Shown here: piece by piece, positions 22,687 through 32,602 of the stretch
Layout of the letters: each line of letters begins with the position of its first letter
Position numbering within the stretch: position 1 is the stretch's first letter
NCBI GenBank assembly: GCA_963734545.1
Contig: CAVTHO010000008.1
Location: 192,001-256,000 of the forward strand
DNA from: an uncultured Spirochaetota bacterium
Lineage (GTDB): Bacteria > Spirochaetota > Spirochaetia > SZUA-6 > Fen-1364
Direction of reading: 5' to 3'
Length of the DNA: 64,000 nt
The notes under the pieces: model-generated
Databases searched by the model: none
What the model saw: the letters and a program-made list of their open reading frames with translations, nothing else
What the model was told of the DNA's origin: nothing
Program-made: the position numbers and the translations under genes

Positions 22687-24435
22687 TCACGCTCCCCGGA
22701 GAGCATGGGGATGCGGACCGTCGCGACCGTGCCCACGCCCGGTGTGCTCTCGAAGCTCACGCCGTACTCCAGCCCGAAATAGACGTGAATGCGCTCCTGC
22801 ACGTTCCGCACCCCGACGCCGTTGCTCGGACGGGGCTCGATCAGGCCGTCGCGAAGCGCGGAAAGCTGATCGGGGGCCATTCCCACGCCGTTGTCGCTGA
22901 TGCGGATCACCATCGACTCCCCGTCGCGCTCGCCCGTGATCCGGATGAGCCCGGGCCCCTCGATGTTCTTGATCCCGTGGTAGATGGCGTTCTCCACGAG
23001 GGGCTGGAGGAGAAGCTTGAGGATCTGGGACTCGTGCAGGTCCGGCGCGAAGGCGATCTCGTAGGAGAGCTTGTCCTTGTAGCGCTGCTTCTGGATCTCC
23101 AGGTATGTCTGCATGTACTCGATCTCCGTGCGGACGCTGATGGTCTCCTCTCCGCGGCTGATCCCGATGCGGAAGAAGCGGGCCAGGGAGGAGGTCATGT
23201 CGATGGCCCGCTCGTGTTTCCCCGAGCTCGATCATCCAGATGATCGAGTCCAGCGTGTTGTAGAGGAAATGGGGATTGATCTGCGCCTGCAGGGAGCGCA
23301 GCTCCAGCTTCCGCTTGAGCTCCTGCTCGCGGCGGTTCTGCTCGATGAGGTCGCGGACCTTCTTCACCGCGATGTCGCAGTCCCGGGCGAGCTGGTAGAT
23401 CTCGTTGCGCGCGTTGACGGTGATGTCGATGTCGAAGTTGCCGCTCTCCACGGCCTGCATCGAGTGCCGCAGGCTTTCGATCGGCTTGGAGATGTTGGAC
23501 GAGATGGCCACCCCGGCGGCGATGGCTCCCACCAGGACGAGCAGCGAGAGCATGAGGAACACGTACTCCGCCTGCCGGCTGGCGCGGAACAGCTCGTCCA
23601 GGTAGGAGACGGCCACGACGTCCCAGCCCGTCTCTTTCGAGCTCACCACCGTGTAGAGGATCGCCCGGCCGTCCACCACGGCGTTGAGATTCCCGCCGTG
23701 GAGCGACATGATTTCGGCGATCCGCTCCGACTTGAGGTTCCCGTAGATGAGCTGCTGCCGGGGGTGGTACACGATGTCTCCGCTGCGGCTGAGGATGAAC
23801 ACGTACCCGGAGGTTCCGAGCTGGATGTCCTTGCACAGGCGCGCGATGATCTCGTAGTTGAGGTCCACCTGGATGAGCCCGGGGCTCTCCTCGCCGGGTC
23901 CGACGGGCAGGGCGCGAACGAGGGAGATCACCCAGGGATAGCGATAGTCCACGAGGTTTTCCACGTGGGCGGAGGACACCGACGGCCGGTCCGGGACGAC
24001 CCCGGCCTCCAGCTCGCGAAACCGCTGGCGGAGGTCCACCGTGGGGTTCAGCGCGCCGCCAGTGGTGGCGGCGATGGCGCGCCCGTCCCGGGTGATGACG
24101 AACACGGAATCGATGTCCCGGCGGACGGCCCGGAGGGACTCGAAGGTGGCTTCGATCTTTCCCCGCAGCTGGGGAGAATCCGCACCGGGGTGCGACATGA
24201 ACTCGCGCACGTCCGCGTTGTTGATGGCCATCAGGGCGATGTCGTCCATGTAGCGGATGTAGTTCTCGATGATGCGGTTCAGCTGGCTCACCAGCTGCAT
24301 CGTCGTCTCCTCGGCGTTCTGGATGAGGATCTTGTGCAGGTAGTAGTACGACAGCGTGCCGAGCAGGACCAGGGCGAGCACGATGAGCGTGGCGAAGGCG
24401 CGGATCAGGGTGTCCTGGATGCGGCGGATCTTCAT
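22687..24435 (-). CDS. YesM-family sensor histidine kinase with dCache domain (frameshifted)
   Basis: MKIRRIQDTL start, two TMs, GYVFILSRSGDIVYHP, HAMP, LQAQINPHFLYNTLD, LQPLVENAIYHG, DNGVG. Confidence 0.9.
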   Translation of the reverse strand: MKIRRIQDTLIRAFATLIVLALVLLGTLSYYYLHKILIQNAEETTMQLVSQLNRIIENYIRYMDDIALMAINNADVREFMSHPGADSPQLRGKIEATFESLRAVRRDIDSVFVITRDGRAIAATTGGALNPTVDLRQRFRELEAGVVPDRPSVSSAHVENLVDYRYPWVISLVRALPVGPGEESPGLIQVDLNYEIIARLCKDIQLGTSGYVFILSRSGDIVYHPRQQLIYGNLKSERIAEIMSLHGGNLNAVVDGRAILYTVVSSKETGWDVVAVSYLDELFRASRQAEYVFLMLSLLVLVGAIAAGVAISSNISKPIESLRHSMQAVESGNFDIDITVNARNEIYQLARDCDIAVKKVRDLIEQNRREQELKRKLELRSLQAQINPHFLYNTLDSIIWMIELGETRAGHRHDLLPGPLLPHRDQPRRGDHQRPHGDRVHADIPGDPEAALQGQALLRDRLRAGPARVPDPQASPPAPRGERHLPRDQEHRGARAHPDHGRARRGVDGDPHQRQRRGNGPRSAFRASRRPDRAPSEQRRRGAERAGAHSRLFRAGVRRELREHTGRGHGRDGPHPHALRGA

Positions 24436-26047
24436 GCCGGCGCGGTCTTCCCTCTCCGCTGGGCCCGGAACTCCGTCGGGGTGATCCCGATGTGCCGCTT
24501 GAACATGGTGCTGAAGTACTGCGCATCGGGGTAGCCCGTGGCCTCGGCGATCTCGTACGTCATCAGGTCTGAGGTTGTCAGAAGCTCCTTGGCGCGCTCC
24601 ATGCGGTAGTCGATGAGGTAGTCTACCACGCTTCGGTCCAGGTGGCGCTTGACCAGCTTGGAGAGGTAGCTCGCGCTGATGGAGAGACTGGCGGCGATGG
24701 TCTGCACGGAGAGCGCCCGCTCCCCGTAGTGCCGGGCCACGTAGTCCTTGAAGTCGCGGACCTTCCATTCCGGGGCGGGAAGGTTGCGGCCGTCGAGGAT
24801 CGAGCCGGCGTAGGAGGTGAGCCGGACAAGGAGCGCCTGCACCTCCTCGGCAGTGCGGAGGCGTTGGACGGCGAGGTCGGTGTCCAGGTGGAGGTCCTGG
24901 GCCACGGCGGCCGGGGAGACGCCAAGGTCCCTGCAGCGCGTCCAGGACAGCGGCAAACAGCGCCTCGATCTCGTGCCGGACGCGCTGGGGAGAGATGCCG
25001 GCCTCCCTGAGGAGCGCTGCGAAGGCCGCTGCCTGGACCTCCGCGTCCGCCGATTCTCCGGCCACCGCAGCGCGGCAGAGTGCGCTCCCTCTGCTCGGCA
25101 AGCCCATCGAGGGTCAGCGGGTCGTCCTCGCGCGCTCTCCCGTAGCGAAAGACTCCTCCCGGCGGCGCAACGAGCCGGTAGGAAAGCGCGGCGGAGGCCT
25201 CCGCGAAGCTCCGGGCCGCCTCGCGCCACGAGCCGCATGGCCGGCCAAGGGCGACGATCGGAGCCGGCACTGAAGAAGGAGTCGGACGGGCGGGCGCCAC
25301 CGCCCGCGCGGCGATGGCAGAAGCCAGCCGGTCGCAGGAAATCGCGTCCTGCTCCAGCACAAGGACAGCCTCCCGTCCCTCGGCCGGGGAAAAGCAAAGA
25401 ACGCGGCGAGCGGAGCCGGCCACCTCGGCCGCGGCCGCCGTGAGCCCGGTCGAGCCGTCATGCTCTCCCGCGCCGCCCGGATCGATCTCGGCGACCACCA
25501 CGGCTCCGGCGAGTCCCTCCGGGGAGAAGCCGAAGATCTCCTGGAACCGGGCGTCCGTGGGCTGGGCCGGCGAGCCGCTCACGAGGTCGAGGAGGGTCCG
25601 GGTCCGCAGCAGGCTCGCGGCGGCGGCGGCGCGCTGCTCGAGGGACTTCACCTTCTCCCGGGAGCGCTGGAGGGAATCCAGCCGGACTTTCAGCCTCCCG
25701 AGCAGGCCGGTGAGATCCCGGGAAGTGACCGGTTTGAGCACGTATTCGAAGACGTTGCTCTTGATTGCTTTCTGGGCGTATTCGAACTCGTCGTACCCCG
25801 AGAGGATCACGATGACGATCTCAGGGTGATGCTCCGCGGCATAGGCGGCGACGCCCAGCCCGTCCACGCGCGGCATGGCGATGTCCGTCATGACCACGTC
25901 GGGTTGGAGGGCCTCCATTGCCTCGATGGCCTGCTCCCCGTTCTCGCACGGCTCGAGGAACTCGAAATCGAGGCTGGTCCAGTCGATCTTGCGTCGGAAA
26001 CCGCGGCGGACGATTTCTTCATCGTCCGCCATCAGGAACCTGTACAT
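24432..26047 (-). CDS. YesN-family response regulator (receiver + AraC HTH; frameshifted)
   Basis: MYRFLMADDEEIVR, MTDIAMPRVDG, LSGYDEFEYAQ; C-terminal SYLSKLVK..EIAEATGYPDAQYFSTMFK. Confidence 0.9.
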
Positions 26048-26117
26048 CTGCTGCGCGCCGTTCATTGCCGCGCCCATGATAGCCAGATTCGGGCCGGCCT
26101 GCCAGTCGGAAACAAGG

Positions 26118-26153
26118 GCGGCCGCCCCTCCAGAGGAGAACAGGGGCGGTCGC
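26118..26153 (-). terminator. Stem-loop after binding-protein gene
   Basis: GCGGCCGCCCCT ... AGGGGCGGTCGC inverted repeat just downstream of the 26168 stop. Confidence 0.45.
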
Positions 26154-26167
26154 AGGAAATGGGCTGC

Positions 26168-27127
26168 CTAGTACAGGACGTTCTTGGCCGCGGGAGTGTC
26201 GATGTTGTCTTGCGTGACGATGATGAATCCAGTGTCGACCTTCGCGGGAACCTTCTTCTTGGCGAACGCCGCGTCATATGCAGTCTTGACCCCAAGATAG
26301 CCCATGTTGTAGGAGCTCTGCACGGCGATGGCCTGCAGCGTGCCGTCCTTGACGAAGTTCTGCAGGGCCGCGTTGCCGTCGAAGCCGATGGCAACGATCT
26401 TGCCTGCCAGGCCCGCCTGGGCGATGGCGCGGCCCATCCCGACCGCCGTGGGCTCGTTGGCGCCGAAGATCCCCACGAGATCCGGGTTCGAGGCCAGGAC
26501 GTTCGTGGTCTGGTTGAGCGCGGTGGGCATGTCGGCGTTGGAGTACTGGGTGGTGACGACCTTGAGTTTCGAGTTCTTCGCGATGTAGTCCTTGAAGCCG
26601 CCCACGCGGCCGATCTCGGAGCCGACGCCTGCCACGTACGACATGACCGCGATGTTCCCGCTGTCACTGCCGGTAGCGGCCTTGACGCGGTCGATCAACT
26701 CCTTCGCGCACGCCCTTCCCGCCGCGTCGTTGTCGGTGGCGAGGAACGAGACGTAGTTGGAAGTAGGCCCGGTCAACAGCGAGTCGATGATGACGACCGG
26801 GATGCCGGCGTCCTTGGCCTTCTTGACCACCGGCACCAGGGCGGTGACGTCCGACGGGGCAAGCACGATGGCCTTCACGCCGCGGTCAATCGCGCTTTCC
26901 ATGATGTTGATCTCTTCCGCAATGTTGCTCTCGGACTGGGGTCCGAGGAACGTCACCGAAAGCTTCGGTGTCTTCGCCTTCAGCTCTTTCTGCGCATCGA
27001 AGCATCCGGTCTGGACGTTCTGCCAGAAGCTGGAGTTGCCCGTCTTCACGATCACCGCGATTTCCTGCGCGGACACGAACCCGGCGATGAAGGCAAGGGC
27101 CACGAGAATGAACAAAAGCCTCTTCAT
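26168..27127 (-). CDS. Sugar ABC substrate-binding protein, CUT2
   Basis: Signal peptide; IAVIVKTGNSSFWQ, ATDNDAAG, IFGANE, IGFDG. Confidence 0.9.
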   Translation of the reverse strand: MKRLLFILVALAFIAGFVSAQEIAVIVKTGNSSFWQNVQTGCFDAQKELKAKTPKLSVTFLGPQSESNIAEEINIMESAIDRGVKAIVLAPSDVTALVPVVKKAKDAGIPVVIIDSLLTGPTSNYVSFLATDNDAAGRACAKELIDRVKAATGSDSGNIAVMSYVAGVGSEIGRVGGFKDYIAKNSKLKVVTTQYSNADMPTALNQTTNVLASNPDLVGIFGANEPTAVGMGRAIAQAGLAGKIVAIGFDGNAALQNFVKDGTLQAIAVQSSYNMGYLGVKTAYDAAFAKKKVPAKVDTGFIIVTQDNIDTPAAKNVLY

Positions 27128-27191
27128 ACCGACCTCCTTGAACCATCTTCGCGGTCCATACGGACCGCGGCTTTTTCCTGCCGCAAAGACC

Positions 27192-28196
27192 TCACTTGTT
27201 TCGCAGCTGGTCGAAGGCCACAGCCCCGATCACCACGAGGCCGATCACGATCTGCTGCATGAAGTAGTTCGCCCCCTGCATCGTGAGCCCGACGGTGAGG
27301 ATCCCGATGATGAACGAGCCGATGACGGTTCCGCCGATCGTGCCCACGCCGCCCATGAGGCTGGTGCCGCCGATCACCGCCGCCGCAATGGCGTTCAGCT
27401 CGTAGCCGGTCGCGCTGTTGGGCTGGGACGTGACCATGCGGGAGGCCAGGATCACTCCGACGAGGCCGGCGAGCACGGCGCAGACGATGTAGTTGAAGAT
27501 CTTCACCCATCCCACCCGGATGCCGGAAAGCCGGGCCGCTTCCTCGTTCGAGCCGATGGCGTAGGTATAGCGGCCGATCTTCGTCTTGCGCAGGATGAAG
27601 TGGCAGAGAAAGGCCACCGCGATCATGATCAGCACGGGGTAGGAAATACCGGGGAACTGCACGCCGGTCCTGAACAGCGTGTCGTTGCCCAGGGCGCCGA
27701 ACGCTTCCGGCGCCGGCCAGGCGTTCGCGTTCGTGATCGTGAGCGCCACGCCGCGGGCCACCATCATCATGCCCAGGGTGGCAATGAACGGGGGAAGCTT
27801 CAGACGCGTGATCAGCAGTCCATTGGCGAGACCGCAGATGCCCCCGACGGCCAGGCCGATGAGCCAGCTGATCCAGATGGGGACTCCGGCGATTGCGGCC
27901 ATGACCGCCACCGTGCCGGTCAGGGCGACCACCGACCCGATGGAGAGGTCGATACCGGCGGTGATGATGGTGAACGTCACGCCGATGCCCATGAGTGTCG
28001 TCGTGCTGGTCTGCAGGGCGACGCTCAGGATGTTGCGCATGGTGAAGAAGTTCTTCGCCGTGATGGAAAAGACGGCAAACAGAGCGACAACCGCCCCGAA
28101 GGTGAGGAACCGGTCGAGAGCCACTCGGGACCGTCCCGTTGGGGCGGCCAGCTCGTGGCCTGGTGCATCCTTGCGTGGTGCGTGGCTGTCACTCAT
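27192..28196 (-). CDS. Sugar ABC permease, RbsC-like
   Basis: ITAGIDLSIGS, LPPFIATLG, YAIGSNEEAARLSGI, YELNAIAAAVIGGTSL. Confidence 0.92.
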   Translation of the reverse strand: MSDSHAPRKDAPGHELAAPTGRSRVALDRFLTFGAVVALFAVFSITAKNFFTMRNILSVALQTSTTTLMGIGVTFTIITAGIDLSIGSVVALTGTVAVMAAIAGVPIWISWLIGLAVGGICGLANGLLITRLKLPPFIATLGMMMVARGVALTITNANAWPAPEAFGALGNDTLFRTGVQFPGISYPVLIMIAVAFLCHFILRKTKIGRYTYAIGSNEEAARLSGIRVGWVKIFNYIVCAVLAGLVGVILASRMVTSQPNSATGYELNAIAAAVIGGTSLMGGVGTIGGTVIGSFIIGILTVGLTMQGANYFMQQIVIGLVVIGAVAFDQLRNK

Positions 28197-29749
28197 GTCT
28201 GGCGTCTCTCTTCCGCTCTGCGCAACCGGCCGTTCGGCGGCTTCCCGACCGCCCCCCCCAGGCCCGCAGCAAAGTTCAGGATCTGCTCCTGTGTTGTGTC
28301 CTTCGTCACGAGCGTGGCTTCGAGGCTGCCCTCGTGCAGCACGATGACGCGGTCGGTCATTCCCATGATCTCGGGGAGCTCAGAGGAGATCATGATGATC
28401 CCCACCCCCTCCCTCGCCAGCCGCTCGATCAGCTCGTAGATGGCGAACTTGGTGCCGACGTCGATTCCCCGGGTCGGCTCGTCGAAGATGAGGATCTTCG
28501 AATCGCAGAAGAGCCATTTCGCCACCACGACCTTCTGCTGGTTCCCGCCGGAGAGGTTGTTGACCACCTGGAGGAGACTGGGAGTGCGGATGGCGAGCTC
28601 ATCCACGTAGCGCTGGCACGCCTTCAGCTCGCGGCGGCGCGAGATCACGCCCATGCGGCTGGACACGCCTCCCATGTTGGCCAGCGTGACGTTTTCCGCC
28701 AGCAGCATCCTGACGGCAAGCCCTTCCTGCTTGCGGTTCTCCGAGAGGTAGGCGATTCCCGCACTGATAGATTCAGAGGGGGAGAGAATGGACAGCTTCT
28801 TTCCGTTCATGATCACGGTCCCCGAATCAATAGGGTCCGCCCCGAAGATCGCGCGCCCCAGCTCTGATCTGCCCGCACCCATCAGGCCGGCGAAACCGAG
28901 GATCTCGCCGCGGTACAGGTCGAACGAGATATCATGCAGAACGCCCCGGCGCACGATATTGCGCACCTCGAGGATCTTCTCCGTCGTCGGCACGTTGTGC
29001 CGCGTGGGGAACTTCTGCTCCAGCGTCCGCCCCACCATGCGGTTGACGATGGTGTCCATCGAGATCGAGCTATACGCATCGGTGCTGACATAGCGGCCGT
29101 CTCGGAAGATGGAGATGCGGTCCACGATATGCTTCAGCTCTTCCAGTCGATGGGAGATGTAGATGATCGCAACCCCCCGGTCGCGCAGCGTGTGGATGAC
29201 GGTGAAAAGCTCGTCGATCTCCGATTCGGTCAGTGCGCTGGTCGGCTCGTCCATGATGAGCACCTCGGAATCGAACGAGAGGGATTTCGCGATTTCCACC
29301 ATCTGCTGCTTGGAGATCGGAAGCCTGTTCAGCGTGATGGTCGGGTCGATGCGGAGGTTCAGCCGTTCCAGGATGGAGACGGCCTCGTCGTTCATCTTCT
29401 TTTCGTTCAGGGTCTTCAGCCACGTCAGCGGCTCCCGGCCGATGAAGATGTTGGCGGCGACCGACAGGTGAGGGATGAGGTTGAGCTCCTGGTAGATGAT
29501 CCCGATGCCGGCGTCCCGGGCCTGGGTCGAATTGTGGAACCGCACCTCGCGGCCCTTAAGGCGGATGACACCCTCGTCCGCCTGGTATACTCCGGAGAGG
29601 ATTTTCATGAGAGTGGACTTGCCTGCCCCGTTCTCCCCCACCAGGGCGTGAACCTCGCCCTTGCGGAGGTCGAGCGATACCTGGTCAAGCGCCTTCACGC
29701 CCGGGAAGCTCTTCGATACTTTTTCGACCTCGAGGATGACCTCTTGCAT
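28193..29749 (-). CDS. Sugar ABC ATP-binding protein, RbsA-like
   Basis: MQEVILEV start; GENGAGKST, DEPT, LSGGNQQK. Confidence 0.92.
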   Translation of the reverse strand: MQEVILEVEKVSKSFPGVKALDQVSLDLRKGEVHALVGENGAGKSTLMKILSGVYQADEGVIRLKGREVRFHNSTQARDAGIGIIYQELNLIPHLSVAANIFIGREPLTWLKTLNEKKMNDEAVSILERLNLRIDPTITLNRLPISKQQMVEIAKSLSFDSEVLIMDEPTSALTESEIDELFTVIHTLRDRGVAIIYISHRLEELKHIVDRISIFRDGRYVSTDAYSSISMDTIVNRMVGRTLEQKFPTRHNVPTTEKILEVRNIVRRGVLHDISFDLYRGEILGFAGLMGAGRSELGRAIFGADPIDSGTVIMNGKKLSILSPSESISAGIAYLSENRKQEGLAVRMLLAENVTLANMGGVSSRMGVISRRRELKACQRYVDELAIRTPSLLQVVNNLSGGNQQKVVVAKWLFCDSKILIFDEPTRGIDVGTKFAIYELIERLAREGVGIIMISSELPEIMGMTDRVIVLHEGSLEATLVTKDTTQEQILNFAAGLGGAVGKPPNGRLRRAEERRQT

Positions 29750-29857
29750 GTGCGGGGACCTGCCCACCGCACATGAAGGCACGGCCCCGGGGCGAACACA
29801 ATCGAGAATACGGCACAAAAGGTTGGATTTCCGGCACTGTGCCGCCACGCGGTAAGG

Positions 29858-30685
29858 CTAGAACCCGCGAAGGTCGGTGCTGGATCTTCGAGGCAGCCCG
29901 GCGGCGGGGACGCGTCTGAGCACGAGATACTCGAGCCGATGCGCGCGGCAGAACTCACGTTTCTCCGTGTTGTCCCCGTCCTCGTTTACCGCGTACACGT
30001 GCGCCCCGATGCTCCTGATCTCCGGCTCGGCATCCATCCACCCTGACCCGGTGGACACGAGAGAACGGTGCACGTGGCGCACGGCCGCCGTCATGTAGCG
30101 GCGCTGGTCCTGGGGAAAGCGCGGGTGGCCGTCCCCCTTGAGGAGCCTCACGTTCGCGTCGTGGCCCACCACCACGTACAGCTCCCCGTAGCCCGACACT
30201 TCCTCGAAGAATCGGACGTGACCCGAGTGCAGCCAGTCGTAGCAGCCGGTCACCACGACGCGACGCTTCGAGGCGTCGGAAGGCGGCAGCGAAGGCTCCG
30301 GGAAGCCCTCGAGATCGCGGTCCGTGAACGCGCGAATCGACGCGCCGAGCCCCGCCGACATCCGAACGGCCGCCTCCACTTCCGCGACCGGCCCTTTCAT
30401 GTCCGCACACACGACCGGCCCGCTCCGCAGATCCGTCACCCGGCGCCATGGCTCCCGCCAGTCATCGACCATGACGACGCGGCTGACGAACCGCAGGGAG
30501 CCGACGAGATAGCGTCGCTCCTCAAGCGCGAACCTTGGCGGGCCGCCGGTGGCAGCGGTGATTGCCGAGTCGGTCCACAGCAGCACCGTGACCTCGCCGA
30601 TGCGCGAGGACTCGTGGAGAAACCGCACGTGCCGGAGCCCCAGGTCATCGAAGCTCCCGGTGACCACAGCGACAGCCTGACTCAC
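29858..30685 (-). CDS. Tandem cytidylyltransferase-like (HxGH) nucleotidyltransferase
   Basis: GTG start VSQAVAVVTGSFDDLGLRHVRFL; second domain VTGCYDWLHSGHVRFF; C-terminal RRSSTDLR. Confidence 0.8.
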   Translation of the reverse strand: MSQAVAVVTGSFDDLGLRHVRFLHESSRIGEVTVLLWTDSAITAATGGPPRFALEERRYLVGSLRFVSRVVMVDDWREPWRRVTDLRSGPVVCADMKGPVAEVEAAVRMSAGLGASIRAFTDRDLEGFPEPSLPPSDASKRRVVVTGCYDWLHSGHVRFFEEVSGYGELYVVVGHDANVRLLKGDGHPRFPQDQRRYMTAAVRHVHRSLVSTGSGWMDAEPEIRSIGAHVYAVNEDGDNTEKREFCRAHRLEYLVLRRVPAAGLPRRSSTDLRGF

Positions 30686-31479
30686 CGGCCGGCCTCGCCT
30701 GTGCGTACCTGCACGCCGAAGGACCCCGGCACCGGCTCTTCGCTCACCACGTACAGGTATCCGCCGCCGCACCCCGAGTACATCGCCCCGTGAGAGCGTT
30801 CCTGGTAGCAGCGCAGGAGCCCTGCCAGGTCGACGGGTGATTCTGCAGGGCGAACCACCTGGGGAAGCAGCGCTTCCCAGCAGCGCATGCACTCGTTCAT
30901 CGACTCACCCAGCGCAGCCGCATCCATTGCCAGGATAGCCTCCCAGCAGGAGCGTCCCGATCTCCCCAGCCGCCCGATCCACGCCGGGTCGAGGTTCTTG
31001 ACCGCCAGCGGCTCGTAGCCTGCCGGTCTCGGCGCCACGGGCAGCACCTTGATGACCCGCTCCAGCCACCGCGCCACCTCGGGCGCCGAGCAGGTCTCGA
31101 TGGCGCTAGGGAACACGCCGCCCTCCACCGATGCGTTGTAGTCCAGGCGGCACACGCCGGGATAGAGCAGTCCCACCATGTCCTGTGATCCCGACGGCTC
31201 CTTCTTCCCCTGGTTCTCCGCCTCATACAGCTCCCGAACCAGCCGTGAAGGGTCCCCGTCCGGCATCCGACCACCCCAGTGGCGCATGGCCACCGCGCGC
31301 GTGGAGGTGGCCATGCCGCAGCGGTCCATCCATCGGAACGTCGGCTCCACGGCCACCGTCACCATGGAGCCCGGGGGCTCGGGATTGAGCCGGGACACGA
31401 AGGGCTGATCGATCCAGCCGCCGGCGAACGCCATGCGGTAGGGGATCGGCCCGATAACGCCGCAGAGGTCGCTCCCCAT
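30682..31479 (-). CDS. GHMP-superfamily sugar kinase-like protein
   Basis: PYRMAFAGGWIDQP (motif I-like), RCGMATST (motif II variant), SGSQD, GAMYSGCGGGY (motif III-like). Confidence 0.7.
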   Translation of the reverse strand: MGSDLCGVIGPIPYRMAFAGGWIDQPFVSRLNPEPPGSMVTVAVEPTFRWMDRCGMATSTRAVAMRHWGGRMPDGDPSRLVRELYEAENQGKKEPSGSQDMVGLLYPGVCRLDYNASVEGGVFPSAIETCSAPEVARWLERVIKVLPVAPRPAGYEPLAVKNLDPAWIGRLGRSGRSCWEAILAMDAAALGESMNECMRCWEALLPQVVRPAESPVDLAGLLRCYQERSHGAMYSGCGGGYLYVVSEEPVPGSFGVQVRTGEAGR

Positions 31480-31489
31480 GACTGTCAGC

Positions 31490-32494
31490 TCACGGCGCGC
31501 TTGCCCGACCGTGCGGTCGCGATACTGCTGCTCGATCCAATTGTAGGTCCTGGCGAGTCCGTCCTTCAGCGAGGTGTCCGGCTCCCAGCCGAGGATCCGG
31601 TGGATCATCGTGTTGTCGCTGTTTCGGCCGGCCACGCCGCGCGGCGCCGTGGGATCGTAGCGCCGGGTGAGCTTCACGCCGCCGATCGTCTCTGCCAGCG
31701 TCGCCAGGTCGTTGATGGAGACCAGCTCGGAAGAGCCGAGGTTGATCGGTGTGGCCACCAGCTTCTCGCAATGCATGATCTTGTCGATGCCCTTCGTGCA
31801 GTCATCGATGTACATGAAGCTGCGCGTCTGCGTCCCGTCTCCCCAGATCGTGATCTCCTTCGCGCCCGTGTCCTTCGCCTCGATGACCTTGCGGCACAGC
31901 GCCGCCGGCGCCTTCTCCCGGCCGCCGTCCCACGTGCCGAAGGGGCCATACACGTTGTGGAACCGCGCGATGAACGTCGGCATGCCGCGCTCGGCGGTGT
32001 ACTCCTGGCAGAACATCTCCGAGATCAGCTTCTCCCAACCGTAGCCGCGCTCGGCCATGGCGGGATACGCGTCGGACTCCTTCAAGCGCGCGGACCTTCG
32101 GGTCCTTCTGCAGATCGGTGTTGTACGCGCAGGCCGACGAGGAGAAGAAGTACCGCTCGGCGCCGGCGCGCCAGGCCGCTTCGACCAGGTGCGTGTTGAT
32201 CAGGACGCTGCGCAGGCAGTCCACGCGGTGGCGCTCGATGAAGCCCATGCCCCCCATGTCCGCGGCCAGGTTGTACACCTCGGCGGCGCCTTCCACGGCG
32301 CGCCGGCAGTTCTCCGGATCGCTCAGGTCGAGGCTGAGGCTCTCCACGCCGGGGGTTCTCTGGTACCATTCCGAGAGCGGCTTCTTGTCCACCGCGCGGA
32401 TCCGCGTGAAACCCTTGTCGTGGAAATAGCGGGCAAGGGCGCCGGCAATGAAGCCTCCCGCGCCGGCGACTACGATCAGATCGTTCTTTTCCAT
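31490..32494 (-). CDS. NAD-dependent epimerase, GDP-mannose 3,5-epimerase-like (frameshifted)
   Basis: GAGGFIA, YNLAADMGGMGFI, SSACAY, YGWEKL, RFHNVYGPFGTWDGGREKAPAALCRK, GRNSDN. Confidence 0.88.
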
Positions 32495-32602
32495 TCCATT
32501 CCTCCCCGGAAAGATCATAGCGCCGCCGCGGCTTTCCGGAATGCCCGAAATGCGTATACTTTATCACGTTTTGCGAACTTTATCGGCGGGAGGCGGACCT
32601 GG

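Noticed and set aside
22563-23198. Histidine kinase fused to binding protein
   Set aside because: A TGA at 22687-22689 and a GTG start with hydrophobic leader at 22685 indicate two genes with an indel.
25460-28439. Long antisense ORFs (also 32710-35055, 46557-48701, 50269-52209 and others)
   Set aside because: Shadow frames of GC-rich genes with no recognisable motifs.
30682-32085. Epimerase-kinase fusion
   Set aside because: Likely an indel near 31500 skipping the epimerase stop; the kinase has its own ATG at 31479. Not fully excluded.
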